Both the position numbers and the translations under genes were made by a program. Below the pieces are notes generated by a model. It worked only from the letters and a program-made list of their open reading frames with translations. It was not told where the DNA came from and ran no database searches. Below are positions 1-8,801 of a stretch of 64,000 nucleotides of DNA, piece by piece; position 1 is the stretch's first letter, and every line of letters starts with the position of its first letter. The DNA comes from Dehalococcoidia bacterium (lineage in GTDB: Bacteria; Chloroflexota; Dehalococcoidia; Tepidiformales; Tepidiformaceae), in contig SKSF01000102.1 of the NCBI GenBank assembly GCA_007118095.1, forward strand, positions 531-64,530, written 5' to 3'.

Positions 1-351
1 CGACGCTGTCCATTCGTCCGCGTCGCGGAGCACGGCGACCCCGGTCGCAACGCGATGGGGACGCCCCTGGAGCGCGCTCAGCATCTCCCGCGCTTCATCC
101 GTGCCGGCCGGCTTCCCGACATCGCGCGAGCCATCGTGGACGACCGTATCGGCGCCGATGACGGTTGCCCCAGGGTAGCGGTCCGCGACAGCGCGGGCTT
201 TGCTTCGCGCGAGGTCAACGGCCCCGGCAGCGGGGTCGCCTGTGACCGGGTCTTCAGGCACATCGGATACGACTACGTCGAAATGCTCGATGAGGGCCGC
301 GAGGAGTTCCTTCCTTCGCGGCGACCCGGAAGCAAGGATGACGCGGCTCAT
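1..351 (-). CDS. maf: Maf-like nucleoside triphosphate pyrophosphatase (septum formation protein Maf), N-terminal part only; the gene runs off the left edge
   Basis: Not in the ORF track because no stop lies inside the window. The reverse complement of 351..241 reads MSRVILASGSPRRKELLAALIEHFDVVVSDVPEDPVT, the canonical Maf N-terminus (ASxSPRRxxLL). The ATG at 351..349 overlaps the TGA of the upstream methyltransferase (ATGA at 348..351). Confidence 0.8.
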   Translation of the reverse strand, partial: MSRVILASGSPRRKELLAALIEHFDVVVSDVPEDPVTGDPAAGAVDLARSKARAVADRYPGATVIGADTVVHDGSRDVGKPAGTDEAREMLSALQGRPHRVATGVAVLRDADEWTAS

Positions 352-1565
352 GCGCCGGGTTCCCCCGCGAGCGTGAGCCGCGACACCGACTCGACATGCC
401 CGGTCTGGGGGAACATGTCGACCGGGGTAACGCGCTCGAGCTGGTAGCCGCCTTCGACCAGTGCACGGAGGTCGCGGGCGAGGGTCGAGGGGTTGCAGGA
501 GACGTAAACGACCGTTCGTGGACGGTAATCGAGGATGGCGTCGAGGACGGGTGGCGCGCAGCCAGCACGGGGCGGGTCGAGCAGCACGACATCGGGGTCA
601 TCGTCCAATTCGGGCAGGACGTCTTCGACCTTGCCGGTGCGGATCTTGATGTTTCGCTGGTCCTGCGTGTTCGTCTTCGCGTCGCGGGTCGCGCTCTTTG
701 CTTCTTCAATGGCGACGACCTGGCGGAAGCGTTCGGCAAAGATGACGGCGAAGGTACCGACGCCGGCGAAGGCGTCGACGAGCAGCCCGCCCCGGGCAGG
801 CAGAGATTCGCCGACGAGCTGGACGAGCTTCTCGGCCTGCGGCGTGTTGACCTGAAAGAAGGCGGAGTCGGAGACGACAAAGCGATGGCCGGCAAGCTCT
901 TCGAGGTAGCTCGACTGGCCGGTCGGGAAATCCAGGTCTTCGATTTCCGGCTTGAGAAGGAAGCTGCCGGTCTTTTCGTTGTAGCGGATCTGCACCTGGT
1001 GCAGCCCTTTGGCGCGGTGTTGCAGCTTTGGCAGGAGGTTATTGATGAAGGGGTGGGCGATGGGGCAGTTGTTGACCGTGAGCAGACCGCGGCCGCGCCG
1101 CGAGATGAACCCGACGTCGCCGTGAGTGGGACCGGTGGAGAGGCGGACGTGGTTGCGATATTCCCACGGGTCGTCGGCGCCGACGGTTTCTTCCACTTCG
1201 ACTTCTTCGAAGCCACCGATGCGCTTGAGCTGTTCCTGGACCATGTGGCGCTTGGCGGCGAGCTGTGCCGGGTAGGCCATGTGTTGGAGCTGGCAGCCGC
1301 CGCAGCGGCCGAAGATCTCGCAGGGGGGCTCGACGCGGTCGGGCGAGGGCTCAATGACGTTCGTGGTGACCGCCTCGACATAGTCGCGGTGGTCGCGATC
1401 GATGGTGGCTTCAACGAGTTCGCCGGGCGCGGCGTAGGACACGAGCGCGACGCGGCCGTCTTCGAGGCGTGCGAGGCCCTGCCCGCCGAACACGAGGGAT
1501 TCGATGCGGACAGTGATGGGCGGGTAATCGGGCAGTTTCTTGCGCCGTCGAGCGCGGCTGGACAT
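348..1565 (-). CDS. rlmD: 23S rRNA (uracil-5-)-methyltransferase, RumA/RlmD family (TRAM domain, 4Fe-4S cysteines, SAM methyltransferase)
   Basis: 405-aa ORF. N-terminal TRAM-like segment (VTVRIESLVFGGQGLARLEDGRVALV). Cys cluster CEIFGRCGGCQLQH. C-terminal methyltransferase motifs (LLVDAFAGVGTFA, LLDPPRAG, VVYVSCNP). Confidence 0.9.
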   Translation of the reverse strand: MSSRARRRKKLPDYPPITVRIESLVFGGQGLARLEDGRVALVSYAAPGELVEATIDRDHRDYVEAVTTNVIEPSPDRVEPPCEIFGRCGGCQLQHMAYPAQLAAKRHMVQEQLKRIGGFEEVEVEETVGADDPWEYRNHVRLSTGPTHGDVGFISRRGRGLLTVNNCPIAHPFINNLLPKLQHRAKGLHQVQIRYNEKTGSFLLKPEIEDLDFPTGQSSYLEELAGHRFVVSDSAFFQVNTPQAEKLVQLVGESLPARGGLLVDAFAGVGTFAVIFAERFRQVVAIEEAKSATRDAKTNTQDQRNIKIRTGKVEDVLPELDDDPDVVLLDPPRAGCAPPVLDAILDYRPRTVVYVSCNPSTLARDLRALVEGGYQLERVTPVDMFPQTGHVESVSRLTLAGEPGA

Positions 1566-1668
1566 AGTTCGAGCTTAGGACGTGGGGATGGCACGCGCGA
1601 ACGAAGAAGATTGTGGGGTTGTTCGCTTGCGGGGAACGTCCACCACGCCTACCATCGAATTATTGAGC

Positions 1669-1745
1669 GGCCCCGTGGTGTAGAGGCCTAACACGCCACC
1701 CTGTCAAGGTGGAGATCGGCGGTTCGAATCCGCTCGGGGTCGCCA
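1669..1745 (+). tRNA. tRNA-Asp (anticodon GTC), CCA end encoded
   Basis: Cloverleaf folded by hand. Acceptor GGCCCCG/CGGGGTC (one G-U pair). D stem GTGT/ACAC. Anticodon stem CCACC/GGTGG with loop CTGTCAA (GTC). T stem GGCGG/CCGCT with loop TTCGAAT. Discriminator G followed by CCA. Confidence 0.9.
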
Positions 1746-1796
1746 TAACCCGCTATCGGCCAGCGCAGAGCCGCTGCGCGAGAGTTGACCAGAACG

Positions 1797-2388
1797 TTAG
1801 AGGGCAGCCCGCCGATTGGCGGGCTTTCTTGTGGGCTCGAACGTGCCAGCGACTGATCGCCATCTCAAAGTCACCGCAGGTCCGCGACCCGCGCGCACGG
1901 GCGAGCGGGCAATAGTCGGCTGGTACTTTTCCCAGGGCATTTCGAGCCGGTGCTTGTCTTGACCCTTCCGAATTCGGCTGTGGTGACCGCCCGCTACGCT
2001 CCCGTACCATCGGGCCGGCACTTTGACCATCCCCGGCGGGGCGACGAACAGACCTCCCGGGTTCGCGTGCGCCAAGGGGGACGCGCGCTACGGCTACCTG
2101 CGTGGCAGGCCGAAGCCGCGCCAGCGATAAAGACGGCTTCTGCGGCGGGACGCTACCATTCCGCTATCTCGACCGTGATGGCCGGTAATGCAGTCCCGGG
2201 GCGCCTTCGTGCTGCCAGCGACGCCACCAGCGGGAGGCTGTCTGACGAGCCACGCCCATCTCGCCTGCGACCTGGGCAATCGGGCCGCCAGCAGCAATGC
2301 GCTGCACGAGGAGCCGGCGTCCCGCTGGCATGAGTTTCGCGTTAGGTGCAAGAGGGACCTCCTGCGATCGGTACGTTCTGCAAACCAC
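1797..2388 (-). pseudogene. Remnant of an IS481-like (rve/DDE) transposase: N-terminal HTH ORF intact, the rest broken by stops and frameshifts
   Basis: The 74-aa ORF 2164..2388 (LMPAGRRLLVQRIAAGGPIAQVAGEMGVARQTASRWWRRWQHEGAPGLHYRPSRS) looks like the HTH/leucine-zipper N-terminus of IS481-family transposases. It stops after SRSR. Downstream frames carry only weak similarity (ANPGGLFVA..MVKVPAR versus the PGELxHxDxKKLGRI block) and no intact DDE core. Confidence 0.4.
1806..1830 (+). terminator. Rho-independent terminator after tRNA-Asp
   Basis: AGCCCGCC-GATT-GGCGGGCT gives an 8-bp GC-rich stem with a 4-nt loop, followed by TTCTT. Confidence 0.6.
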
Positions 2389-2612
2389 ACCTTCTCCCGG
2401 AGGTCCTCTTCAGTCACCGACTCCTGTCACCAACGTCTCTGGATGTCACAGCTAGACACCGGGAGCCGCGGAGGCCAGGCATCTGCCGCGGTCTGTGCGC
2501 GTCGATACACTCTTGATAGGACGCCCCGGGCCAGCGGGCTGGCTCGCGCGGTAGGATACGCGTGACGCCGCCGCTCTGATACGGACTGGCGTGGATGTTG
2601 CGAGGAGAGACG

Positions 2613-3041
2613 ATGGACCCTGTCACACGCGCGATAGAGCGCTATGACCGGCGCCAGCACGGGTGGGAGCTGCCAGCGGGGAAACGCGACGCAACCGGAC
2701 GGTGGAAACCAACCGGGTCAGAGCGGCAAGTTTGCTGCGAGGGATGGCGGACACCGCTCCCGGGGTTTCCGCTGACCCTCTGGAAGCACTGTCATTCCGT
2801 GACGCACGTCGCCCGTCTCGAACGCATCGCGCCAGCGAGCCTCCGTAGCGCCCTCGCTCGCCGGAGCCCTTTGGACCGGCCCGCGGCAACGGCGCCAGAC
2901 ATCTGTTTCCAGTGTTTTGTGCCTGGCTGTCCGCACCTCTCGCCCGCGGCTGTCGACGAGGGGCTTGTTCCCGTCCCGCACTATCGAAGTAGCCGGACCT
3001 CCGGCCGCCGGGCCGGCGACGATCTACGGTCGGTGCGGTGA
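2613..3041 (+). CDS. Hypothetical protein (Cys/His-containing, no family recognised)
   Basis: Start moved from the track's 2595 to the ATG at 2613, which follows GAGGAG by 5 nt. GC3-rich codons. Contains CCEGW...LWKHCHSVTHVARL. Sits in the tRNA-adjacent islet. Confidence 0.4.
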   Translation: MDPVTRAIERYDRRQHGWELPAGKRDATGRWKPTGSERQVCCEGWRTPLPGFPLTLWKHCHSVTHVARLERIAPASLRSALARRSPLDRPAATAPDICFQCFVPGCPHLSPAAVDEGLVPVPHYRSSRTSGRRAGDDLRSVR

Positions 3042-3047
3042 TACTTC

Positions 3048-3578
3048 TCAGGGATTCGCGGTTGATTCGTGCGCCATTGTTTCGGCGTGCTTGTTGAGTT
3101 CGGTGCCGAGATCGCCGGCTGACGCGGGGAAGGGTGCACCCTGGTGTTCGAGTCCGCGGGCAACCTTGACCACATCGGCCAGTACGGGGCCTTCGATGCG
3201 GTCTCCGCCTTGCATGCGATGTGCCAGCTCGTGCAGGGCCTTCCATGATCGCTCGGGAAGTTCGTCCCACAGGATGTCAGCGTCTTCGCGGGACACATGT
3301 TCGGCTGTGGGGACGCGCTCGCGGGATGCGGCGGGATGGGGGTCCCACTCGCGTGCGTTCGGCCCGATGTGTTTTATGTAGTCTTCGTAGAGCGTGCTGG
3401 CATCGAGCTCCAGGTGCAACTTGCCCGTCGAAACGGTCCCGGCAGCGGAGCGCGGAAGCGTCACCGCCGCATCGACGTCGCGGAGCTGTACGGTGAACTC
3501 GTCGCTACCAGTCGTTGTTACTTCACCCACTTCACGGCTATCGCTCGTGAACACGAACATTCCCTTCGGGATTTCCAT
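3048..3578 (-). CDS. Hypothetical protein (176 aa)
   Basis: The track ORF is 3048..3626. The internal ATG at 3578 (MEIPKGMFVFTSDSREVGEV...) is preceded by AAGGAG at 7-nt spacing. No family recognised. Confidence 0.55.
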   Translation of the reverse strand: MEIPKGMFVFTSDSREVGEVTTTGSDEFTVQLRDVDAAVTLPRSAAGTVSTGKLHLELDASTLYEDYIKHIGPNAREWDPHPAASRERVPTAEHVSREDADILWDELPERSWKALHELAHRMQGGDRIEGPVLADVVKVARGLEHQGAPFPASAGDLGTELNKHAETMAHESTANP

Positions 3579-3841
3579 ATGCAGTCTCCTTCGCCGCCGC
3601 CCGGCGGGGTGGCAACGTGGGGACATCGTAGCCGGATGGGCATATGTACCGGGAACGGCAGGTCAGTGTAGCCTTGCGGATGTGTATCAACAGCGCCACA
3701 GACCTGCCGCGAATTCGACGCACATGGCATCGCAGGAGCAGCATGGCGTGGTATCGTGGATCACTGAACAGGCGCAAGCACTGCGCTGTCGCGGCAACGG
3801 TTCCCATGATGAGGTGCAAGCGCCGGACAAAAGGAGCGTGA

Positions 3842-4060
3842 ATGGTTAAGAAAGACGCAATTGAGGTCGAGGGTGTGGTTACCAAAGCCCTTCCGAACGC
3901 GATGTTCCGGGTGGAGCTGGCGAATGGCCACGAAGTCCTTGCCCACGTGAGCGGCAAAATGCGCAAGAACTATATCCGCGTGCTTCCCGGCGACCGGGTG
4001 CTCGTCGAACTTTCGCCCTACGACCTCACCCGCGGGCGTTTGACCTTCCGCTTCAAGTAA
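3842..4060 (+). CDS. infA: Translation initiation factor IF-1
   Basis: 72 aa. [72 protein letters not shown] is near-canonical IF-1 (S1-like OB fold). AAAGGAG lies upstream. Confidence 0.97.
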   Translation: MVKKDAIEVEGVVTKALPNAMFRVELANGHEVLAHVSGKMRKNYIRVLPGDRVLVELSPYDLTRGRLTFRFK

Positions 4061-4086
4061 TCCGCCACCGTCTTTGCCCCCGGGAG

Positions 4087-4107
4087 CCCGCCACGCCGCG
4101 GGTTTTT
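4087..4107 (+). terminator. Rho-independent terminator after infA
   Basis: CCCGC-CACGCC-GCGGG followed by TTTTT. Confidence 0.55.
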
Positions 4108-4149
4108 CGTATTGAGCTATGCCTCCCGGAAGTCGTTCCGAGCCGCAAC

Positions 4150-4185
4150 GAAAAGTGGCCCCGCACTGGTGCGGGGCCACTTTTC
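4150..4185. terminator. Bidirectional terminator hairpin between convergent infA and the DEAD-box helicase
   Basis: GAAAAGTGGCCCCGCA-CTGG-TGCGGGGCCACTTTTC is a perfect 16-bp stem. The A-run/T-run arms give a U-tract in either orientation. Confidence 0.75.
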
Positions 4186-4208
4186 TTGTGCTTGCGGATG
4201 GTGCCGCG

Positions 4209-5555
4209 TCAGCGCTGCTTGCCGCTGCCGGGGTGACGGGGCGCCTGCCGCTTCCTGCGGTGTGCCGGCGCGCCGGCACGGCCGCCTGACCGGTTCTCAG
4301 CGAAGTCCGGCTTGCGGCCACCACCCTTCGGGGCGGGTGACGGCGCCGGTGGGGCCCAAGCCCGGAGGTCGGTCAGCCGCTCGTCGCCCGGCTCCATCGG
4401 TACGGTCGAAAGGTGCACGCCTGCCTCGCGCTGGAGGTCGCGGACGTCACGTTCTTCGCCGGGCATCACCAGGGTGACGACGAGTCCATCGGCTCCCGCG
4501 CGGGCGGTCCTGCCCGAGCGGTGGAGATAGGTCTTGCCATCCTCGGGCAGGTCGAAGTGGAGGACGGTGTTCACATCGTCGATGTGGATACCGCGGGCCG
4601 CGACATTGGTCGCAACCAGCGCCCGCACCCGGCCGCGCGAGAATGCGCCAAGCGTGCGCTCGCGCTGCCGCTGGTTGAGGCCGCCGTGGATTGGCGCCGC
4701 TTCGAGGCCCTCGTTTCCGAGCTGCTTCGCGAGACGGTCGGCGCCGTGACGGGTCCGGACGAAGATGATGGAGCGTTCGACCGCGGAGCAGATCTCGGCT
4801 GCAACCCGCACCCTGGACGCATTACCGACGCCGATGAAGCGCTGGTCGAGCGTTTCGATGCTGACCTCGGCGCCGGGGGCTTCATGGGTCACCGGGTCGT
4901 GCTGATACTCGCGCACGAAGGTCCCAATGGAGCCGTCGAGCGTGGCGGAGAAGAGCAGGGTCTGGTGGTCGTTGCTGGCCTGGTTGAGGATAGCCCGGAC
5001 CTGCGGCATGAAGCCCATGTCCGCCATCTGGTCAGCTTCGTCGATAACGACGGATTCGACATCGGAGACGGACATCTCCTTGCGCTCGAGCAGGTCATTG
5101 AGCCGGCCGGGGGTTGCGACGACGAGGTCGACGCCGCTGTGGAGTTCTTTCACCTGCCGAATCAGCGATGCGCCGCCATAGATAGCGGCCAGCCGGAGCT
5201 CGGCGACGCGGGCGAAGGGGCGGAGCTCGGCGACAACCTGGAGCGCGAGCTCGCGGGTTGGCACAAGGATGAGGGACCGAGGCCGCCGCTTCCGCGCGGG
5301 ACTCGTGCGCTGGAGCAGTGGGAGGCCATAGGCAAGGGTCTTGCCGGAGCCAGTGCGTGCCTTGCCGGAGACGTCGCGGCCTGCGACGGCATCGGGGATG
5401 CACATGGCCTGGATGGGAAAGGGGTTCTCGAAGCCAGCCGCGTCGAGGGCTTTAACGAGATGTGGCGCCAGGCCAAGGTCATGAAACGTCGGGCCGCCGG
5501 GCAAGGCGGCAGAGTCGCCCGCGCTCGAGGCGGGCACTGTGGATGCAATAGACAA
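4209..5555 (-). CDS. DEAD-box ATP-dependent RNA helicase with a basic C-terminal tail
   Basis: Q motif (GFENPFPIQ), motif I ARTGSGKT, PTRELA, DEAD, SAT, HGG..QRER, HRSGRTAR. The maximal ORF reaches 5690. I prefer the TTG at 5555 (LSIASTVP...), which is preceded by GGGAGA. The start remains uncertain. Confidence 0.9.
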   Translation of the reverse strand: MSIASTVPASSAGDSAALPGGPTFHDLGLAPHLVKALDAAGFENPFPIQAMCIPDAVAGRDVSGKARTGSGKTLAYGLPLLQRTSPARKRRPRSLILVPTRELALQVVAELRPFARVAELRLAAIYGGASLIRQVKELHSGVDLVVATPGRLNDLLERKEMSVSDVESVVIDEADQMADMGFMPQVRAILNQASNDHQTLLFSATLDGSIGTFVREYQHDPVTHEAPGAEVSIETLDQRFIGVGNASRVRVAAEICSAVERSIIFVRTRHGADRLAKQLGNEGLEAAPIHGGLNQRQRERTLGAFSRGRVRALVATNVAARGIHIDDVNTVLHFDLPEDGKTYLHRSGRTARAGADGLVVTLVMPGEERDVRDLQREAGVHLSTVPMEPGDERLTDLRAWAPPAPSPAPKGGGRKPDFAENRSGGRAGAPAHRRKRQAPRHPGSGKQR

Positions 5556-5725
5556 AAAAGGATATCTCCCGTGGATTCGTGCGAGCGGTGCGGGCCACTT
5601 CGGGCGGGACTCCTCGCAAGCGATCGGACACGGGGAGGAGTAATGCGCGATGCGCGCGTGCGCTCTTGAATGAACGTAGCACAATGGCACCGCTCACGCC
5701 CGTCCGGGTGTCGTCCCCTTCACTC

Positions 5726-5749
5726 AGGGGTTCGTGCAGGGGTTCGTGC
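5726..5749. repeat. Perfect tandem duplication of a 12-mer (AGGGGTTCGTGC x2)
   Basis: Read directly from the sequence. It lies immediately 3' of the YqgE/AlgH stop codon (5751..5753 on the minus strand). Confidence 0.8.
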
Positions 5750-5750
5750 G

Positions 5751-6308
5751 CTAGTTCTGCCGCGGGTCCGAAGGGAAGTAGGCGAACGTGGCGAGCGCCC
5801 CAGGCTGCCGCTTGAGCACGTCGCGCCAGAGGTCCCCGGGCTCCTGGCTGAAGATGTCCGCGGCAAAAGCGTCGACGATGAACCAGGCGGATTCGTCCAC
5901 TTCCTGTTCGAGCTGCCCGGGAGACCACCCGGCATAGCCACTGAAGACCCGGACCGTTTCGAGGGTGGGCGCCGGTTCGTCGGCTGCGAGGTTGACGATG
6001 GCCACGCCCGGGAGGGCGGCGTCTCCCGGGTCGATGGCGTTCTCGGGAAAGCGGCCGAGTGCCAGTGCGACCGCGGGCTCAACCGGGCCGCCGCTGAAGA
6101 TGAGGGGGGGCGGGGCGCTTAGTTCGGCCCAGCCTGGAAGGTGCTCGGCGACGGACGCGTGCGAAAGGGGGCGGTTGAGGATGAGGCCGAACGCGCCTTC
6201 TTCTTCGTCGTGGCGAATGATGAAAACGACTGTCCGTTTGAAGTTCGGGTCGGTGAGCGCCGGGCTGGCGACGAGGAGTTTCCCCGCGAGTGTTTCGTCC
6301 GCGGTCAT
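5751..6308 (-). CDS. YqgE/AlgH family protein (UPF0301)
   Basis: LAGKLLVASPALTDPNFKRTVVFIIRHDEEEGAFGLILNRPL matches the family N-terminal signature. Confidence 0.85.
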   Translation of the reverse strand: MTADETLAGKLLVASPALTDPNFKRTVVFIIRHDEEEGAFGLILNRPLSHASVAEHLPGWAELSAPPPLIFSGGPVEPAVALALGRFPENAIDPGDAALPGVAIVNLAADEPAPTLETVRVFSGYAGWSPGQLEQEVDESAWFIVDAFAADIFSQEPGDLWRDVLKRQPGALATFAYFPSDPRQN

Positions 6309-6474
6309 GGGGTCATCATCGCAAGCTGCCGTGTGGAGGTGAAGCGGACGAAACGGGGGGACTGGCTGTAACGCTGCAATATCCGAAGCTGACGAACAGG
6401 CAACGTGCCCACAGACGCCGGCCAGGCGCCAGGGATAGACTCAAAGGGGCACAGGCTACGCACTTCGTGGGGGC

Positions 6475-7506
6475 ATGATGCAGGCGACTGGTGGCGCAGG
6501 GACAAGCTTCAGGGATTTCTTGCTCAGCGTGCGGGGCGGCTACTTGCTATTCGTGCTCGCCATCCTCGTACCGCTGATCGTGTTCATCATCGCCGGGGTC
6601 GATGCGCAGCAGTTCGGGCTCACCGGGTTTGCCGGGCCAATGGTGGCCTTCTCTGCCGGGGTGCTGTCGTTTCTTTCGCCATGCGTTCTTCCGCTGGTTC
6701 CCATTTACGTGACGAACCTTGCCGGGGCGAGCTTCGATGCCGAGGGGAAGGTCACCGCCTCGCGTGGACGGACCTTTTCGCATGCCGTCGCGTTCATGGT
6801 TGGGTTGAGCGTGGTGTTCATCGCCCTGGGGGCAAGCGTTGGACTCGTCGGCTTCGTGCTGGTGGACAACCTGCAAGCACTCGAGACAGCGGCGGGGCTC
6901 CTGCTCATCGTGCTTGGCATCCTGATCATCCCCGAGATCGGCCAGCGCTCCCTGATGCGGTCGGCGATCCTGTTGTTCGTTATGACGATCGTGCTCATTG
7001 GCACGGTGGAGCTGGCACAGATCCAGGGTGATGCGTCGCGGCTACTGCTGCTCGCCGGGGCACTCGGCGTTGCGTGGGCGAAGTTCTCAGGCCTGCTTCC
7101 TGTCGTGGGGCTGCTGCAGCGGACGTTCCAGTTCAATCCCGGTACGCAGAAGAAGGCAAGCTATTCGCGGTCGGCGCTCATTGGGAGCGCATTCGCGACG
7201 GGCTGGACGCCATGTGTCGGCCCGATCCTCGGTGGCATCCTGACGCTGGCAGCGGCCTCCGGGAGCGCCTGGACGGGGGCCTACCTGCTGAGCTTCTACG
7301 CGCTCGGATTCAGCATCCCCTTCTTGCTCGCCGGCCTGGCTGTGAGCGATGCAAGCCGGACCATCCGACGAATGCAGCGGTACATGCCATATTTCGAAGT
7401 GGCCAGCGCGCTGATGCTGCTCGGCATCGGGATGTTGCTCATCACCGGCCGGCTCACGCAGATCAACAACTGGTTTATCGGGCTCAGCGACTGGCAGGGG
7501 CTGTAG
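6475..7506 (+). CDS. ccdA: Cytochrome c biogenesis / thiol-disulfide transporter, CcdA (DsbD transmembrane domain) family, long form
   Basis: Polytopic membrane protein. Carries the signature LSFLSPCVLPLVPIY and a second Cys motif GWTPCVGPILGGIL. Confidence 0.8.
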   Translation: MMQATGGAGTSFRDFLLSVRGGYLLFVLAILVPLIVFIIAGVDAQQFGLTGFAGPMVAFSAGVLSFLSPCVLPLVPIYVTNLAGASFDAEGKVTASRGRTFSHAVAFMVGLSVVFIALGASVGLVGFVLVDNLQALETAAGLLLIVLGILIIPEIGQRSLMRSAILLFVMTIVLIGTVELAQIQGDASRLLLLAGALGVAWAKFSGLLPVVGLLQRTFQFNPGTQKKASYSRSALIGSAFATGWTPCVGPILGGILTLAAASGSAWTGAYLLSFYALGFSIPFLLAGLAVSDASRTIRRMQRYMPYFEVASALMLLGIGMLLITGRLTQINNWFIGLSDWQGL

Positions 7507-7514
7507 CGTAAGGC

Positions 7515-7646
7515 TCAGTTGCCAGGCTTCGTCCAGCCGTAGCACTGGGGGCATAGTTCGCCCAGCGGGAAGCGCGTCCCACACCGCGGGCAAAGCCGCG
7601 TGTGCGCGGGTGGGTTCTTCTCTTCGCCGGGTTTCGGCTCAGCCAT
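7515..7646 (-). CDS. 43-aa zinc-ribbon mini-protein (CxxC-x11-CxxC)
   Basis: Below the track cutoff; translated by hand as MAEPKPGEEKNPPAHTRLCPRCGTRFPLGELCPQCYGWTKPGN. AGGAG lies 8 nt upstream of the ATG. The ATG overlaps the end of the upstream gene by 8 nt. GC3-rich codons. Confidence 0.6.
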   Translation of the reverse strand: MAEPKPGEEKNPPAHTRLCPRCGTRFPLGELCPQCYGWTKPGN

Positions 7647-8793
7647 TGGCAAGCTCCTGCACGAGATGCGCTATCACCCGCGCCACAGCAGCAACGTCAG
7701 CCTCAGCGACCGCGCCAGGCCAGCGGTCCGACGGCAAGTGGAAGCGGTCATTTCCCCCGACCAGGGACAGGAAGCGGCCCCCATGGTCCGCGATGTCCGC
7801 GGCTTCCCCGGCGACCGGGCCGGGCGGGCTCGCAAGCGTCTCCGTCGTGGCGGAGTCGCGCTCTGCTGCCAGGTGCTCCGCAACGCGTTCGGCGAGCGTG
7901 GGGTCAGCTGCTCGTACCGCGAGGCGCCCGGGGGCCTGGGCGCCGATGTTGGCGCCCAGGTGGAGCCACATGTTTGCTTCGACAGGAAGTTCGAGACGCC
8001 GCTCGATATAGTCTTCGAGGCCCAGGTGGCCGAGCTCGTGCCCGGAGGTGGCGACGAAGTGGACCGTCCGGGCAGGCGGCGCCAGGAGCAGCGATTCCAT
8101 TGCCGCCAGCCAGCAGGCGAGCCCGCCACCGCGTTCGGATGCGCAATACCACCAGCCGCTCCGGGGCGTCATGACGACGAGCGGCTTGAGGTGCGGTTCG
8201 CTGCCGGGAATGTCGGCAACGACGTTCCACGCGTCCACACGTGTCCGCTGTGCGGCTGTGACGACGCGGACTGTGGCAGCATCGCGGACCGCAGATTGGA
8301 ACGCGGGTAGGGCCGCAGGCGGAACCTGGATGACCGGGGGGCCGCCAGGGGACGCAAACGCCGGGGCGTTGCGCGGCGCAACGTCGTCGTCTCCGCCCGT
8401 GACGGCGATGACCGCGGTTAGGTCGCGAGCCCGCGCCGCTTCCAGGGCAGGTGCGTCGCCTGCTGGCGATGTCTCGATAACCGCGATGCCGGCGGTGGCA
8501 TCTTCGCCGCCGGCCTGTCCCTGCACGCCGTCCTCGCCGGTGAGCGGGGCATCGAACAAGGGGACCCCGGCAATCTCGCCACCGGGAAAACAGACGCGCG
8601 CGTCCTCGACATCGATGCGGTCGAGGGGGAAATCCTCGAGGCGCGGCTCAAGCCCGGTTTCGCCGACGAGGCCGGCAAGCCATTCGGCCGAAGCGGTATC
8701 TACCGCGGAACCCGTGCGGTGCCAGCCCTGCGCGTCGTACGCAGAGATAACATCGGCGAGGCGATCTGCCCACGGGGCTATCCGCGCAGACAC
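7639..8793 (-). CDS. M28-peptidase-like protein with substituted metal-ligand positions (possible pseudo-peptidase)
   Basis: 384 aa. The block NVVADIPGSEPHLKPLVVMTPRSGWWYCASERGGGLACWLAAMESLL..TVHFVATSGHELGHLGLEDYI aligns by eye to the M28 core (NVIaeipG..vvgaHlDsw..GAxDnasG..fxgEExGLxGS). The His/Asp/Glu ligand positions appear replaced. Confidence 0.55.
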   Translation of the reverse strand: MSARIAPWADRLADVISAYDAQGWHRTGSAVDTASAEWLAGLVGETGLEPRLEDFPLDRIDVEDARVCFPGGEIAGVPLFDAPLTGEDGVQGQAGGEDATAGIAVIETSPAGDAPALEAARARDLTAVIAVTGGDDDVAPRNAPAFASPGGPPVIQVPPAALPAFQSAVRDAATVRVVTAAQRTRVDAWNVVADIPGSEPHLKPLVVMTPRSGWWYCASERGGGLACWLAAMESLLLAPPARTVHFVATSGHELGHLGLEDYIERRLELPVEANMWLHLGANIGAQAPGRLAVRAADPTLAERVAEHLAAERDSATTETLASPPGPVAGEAADIADHGGRFLSLVGGNDRFHLPSDRWPGAVAEADVAAVARVIAHLVQELANG

Positions 8794-8801
8794 CGGGGTT
8801 G

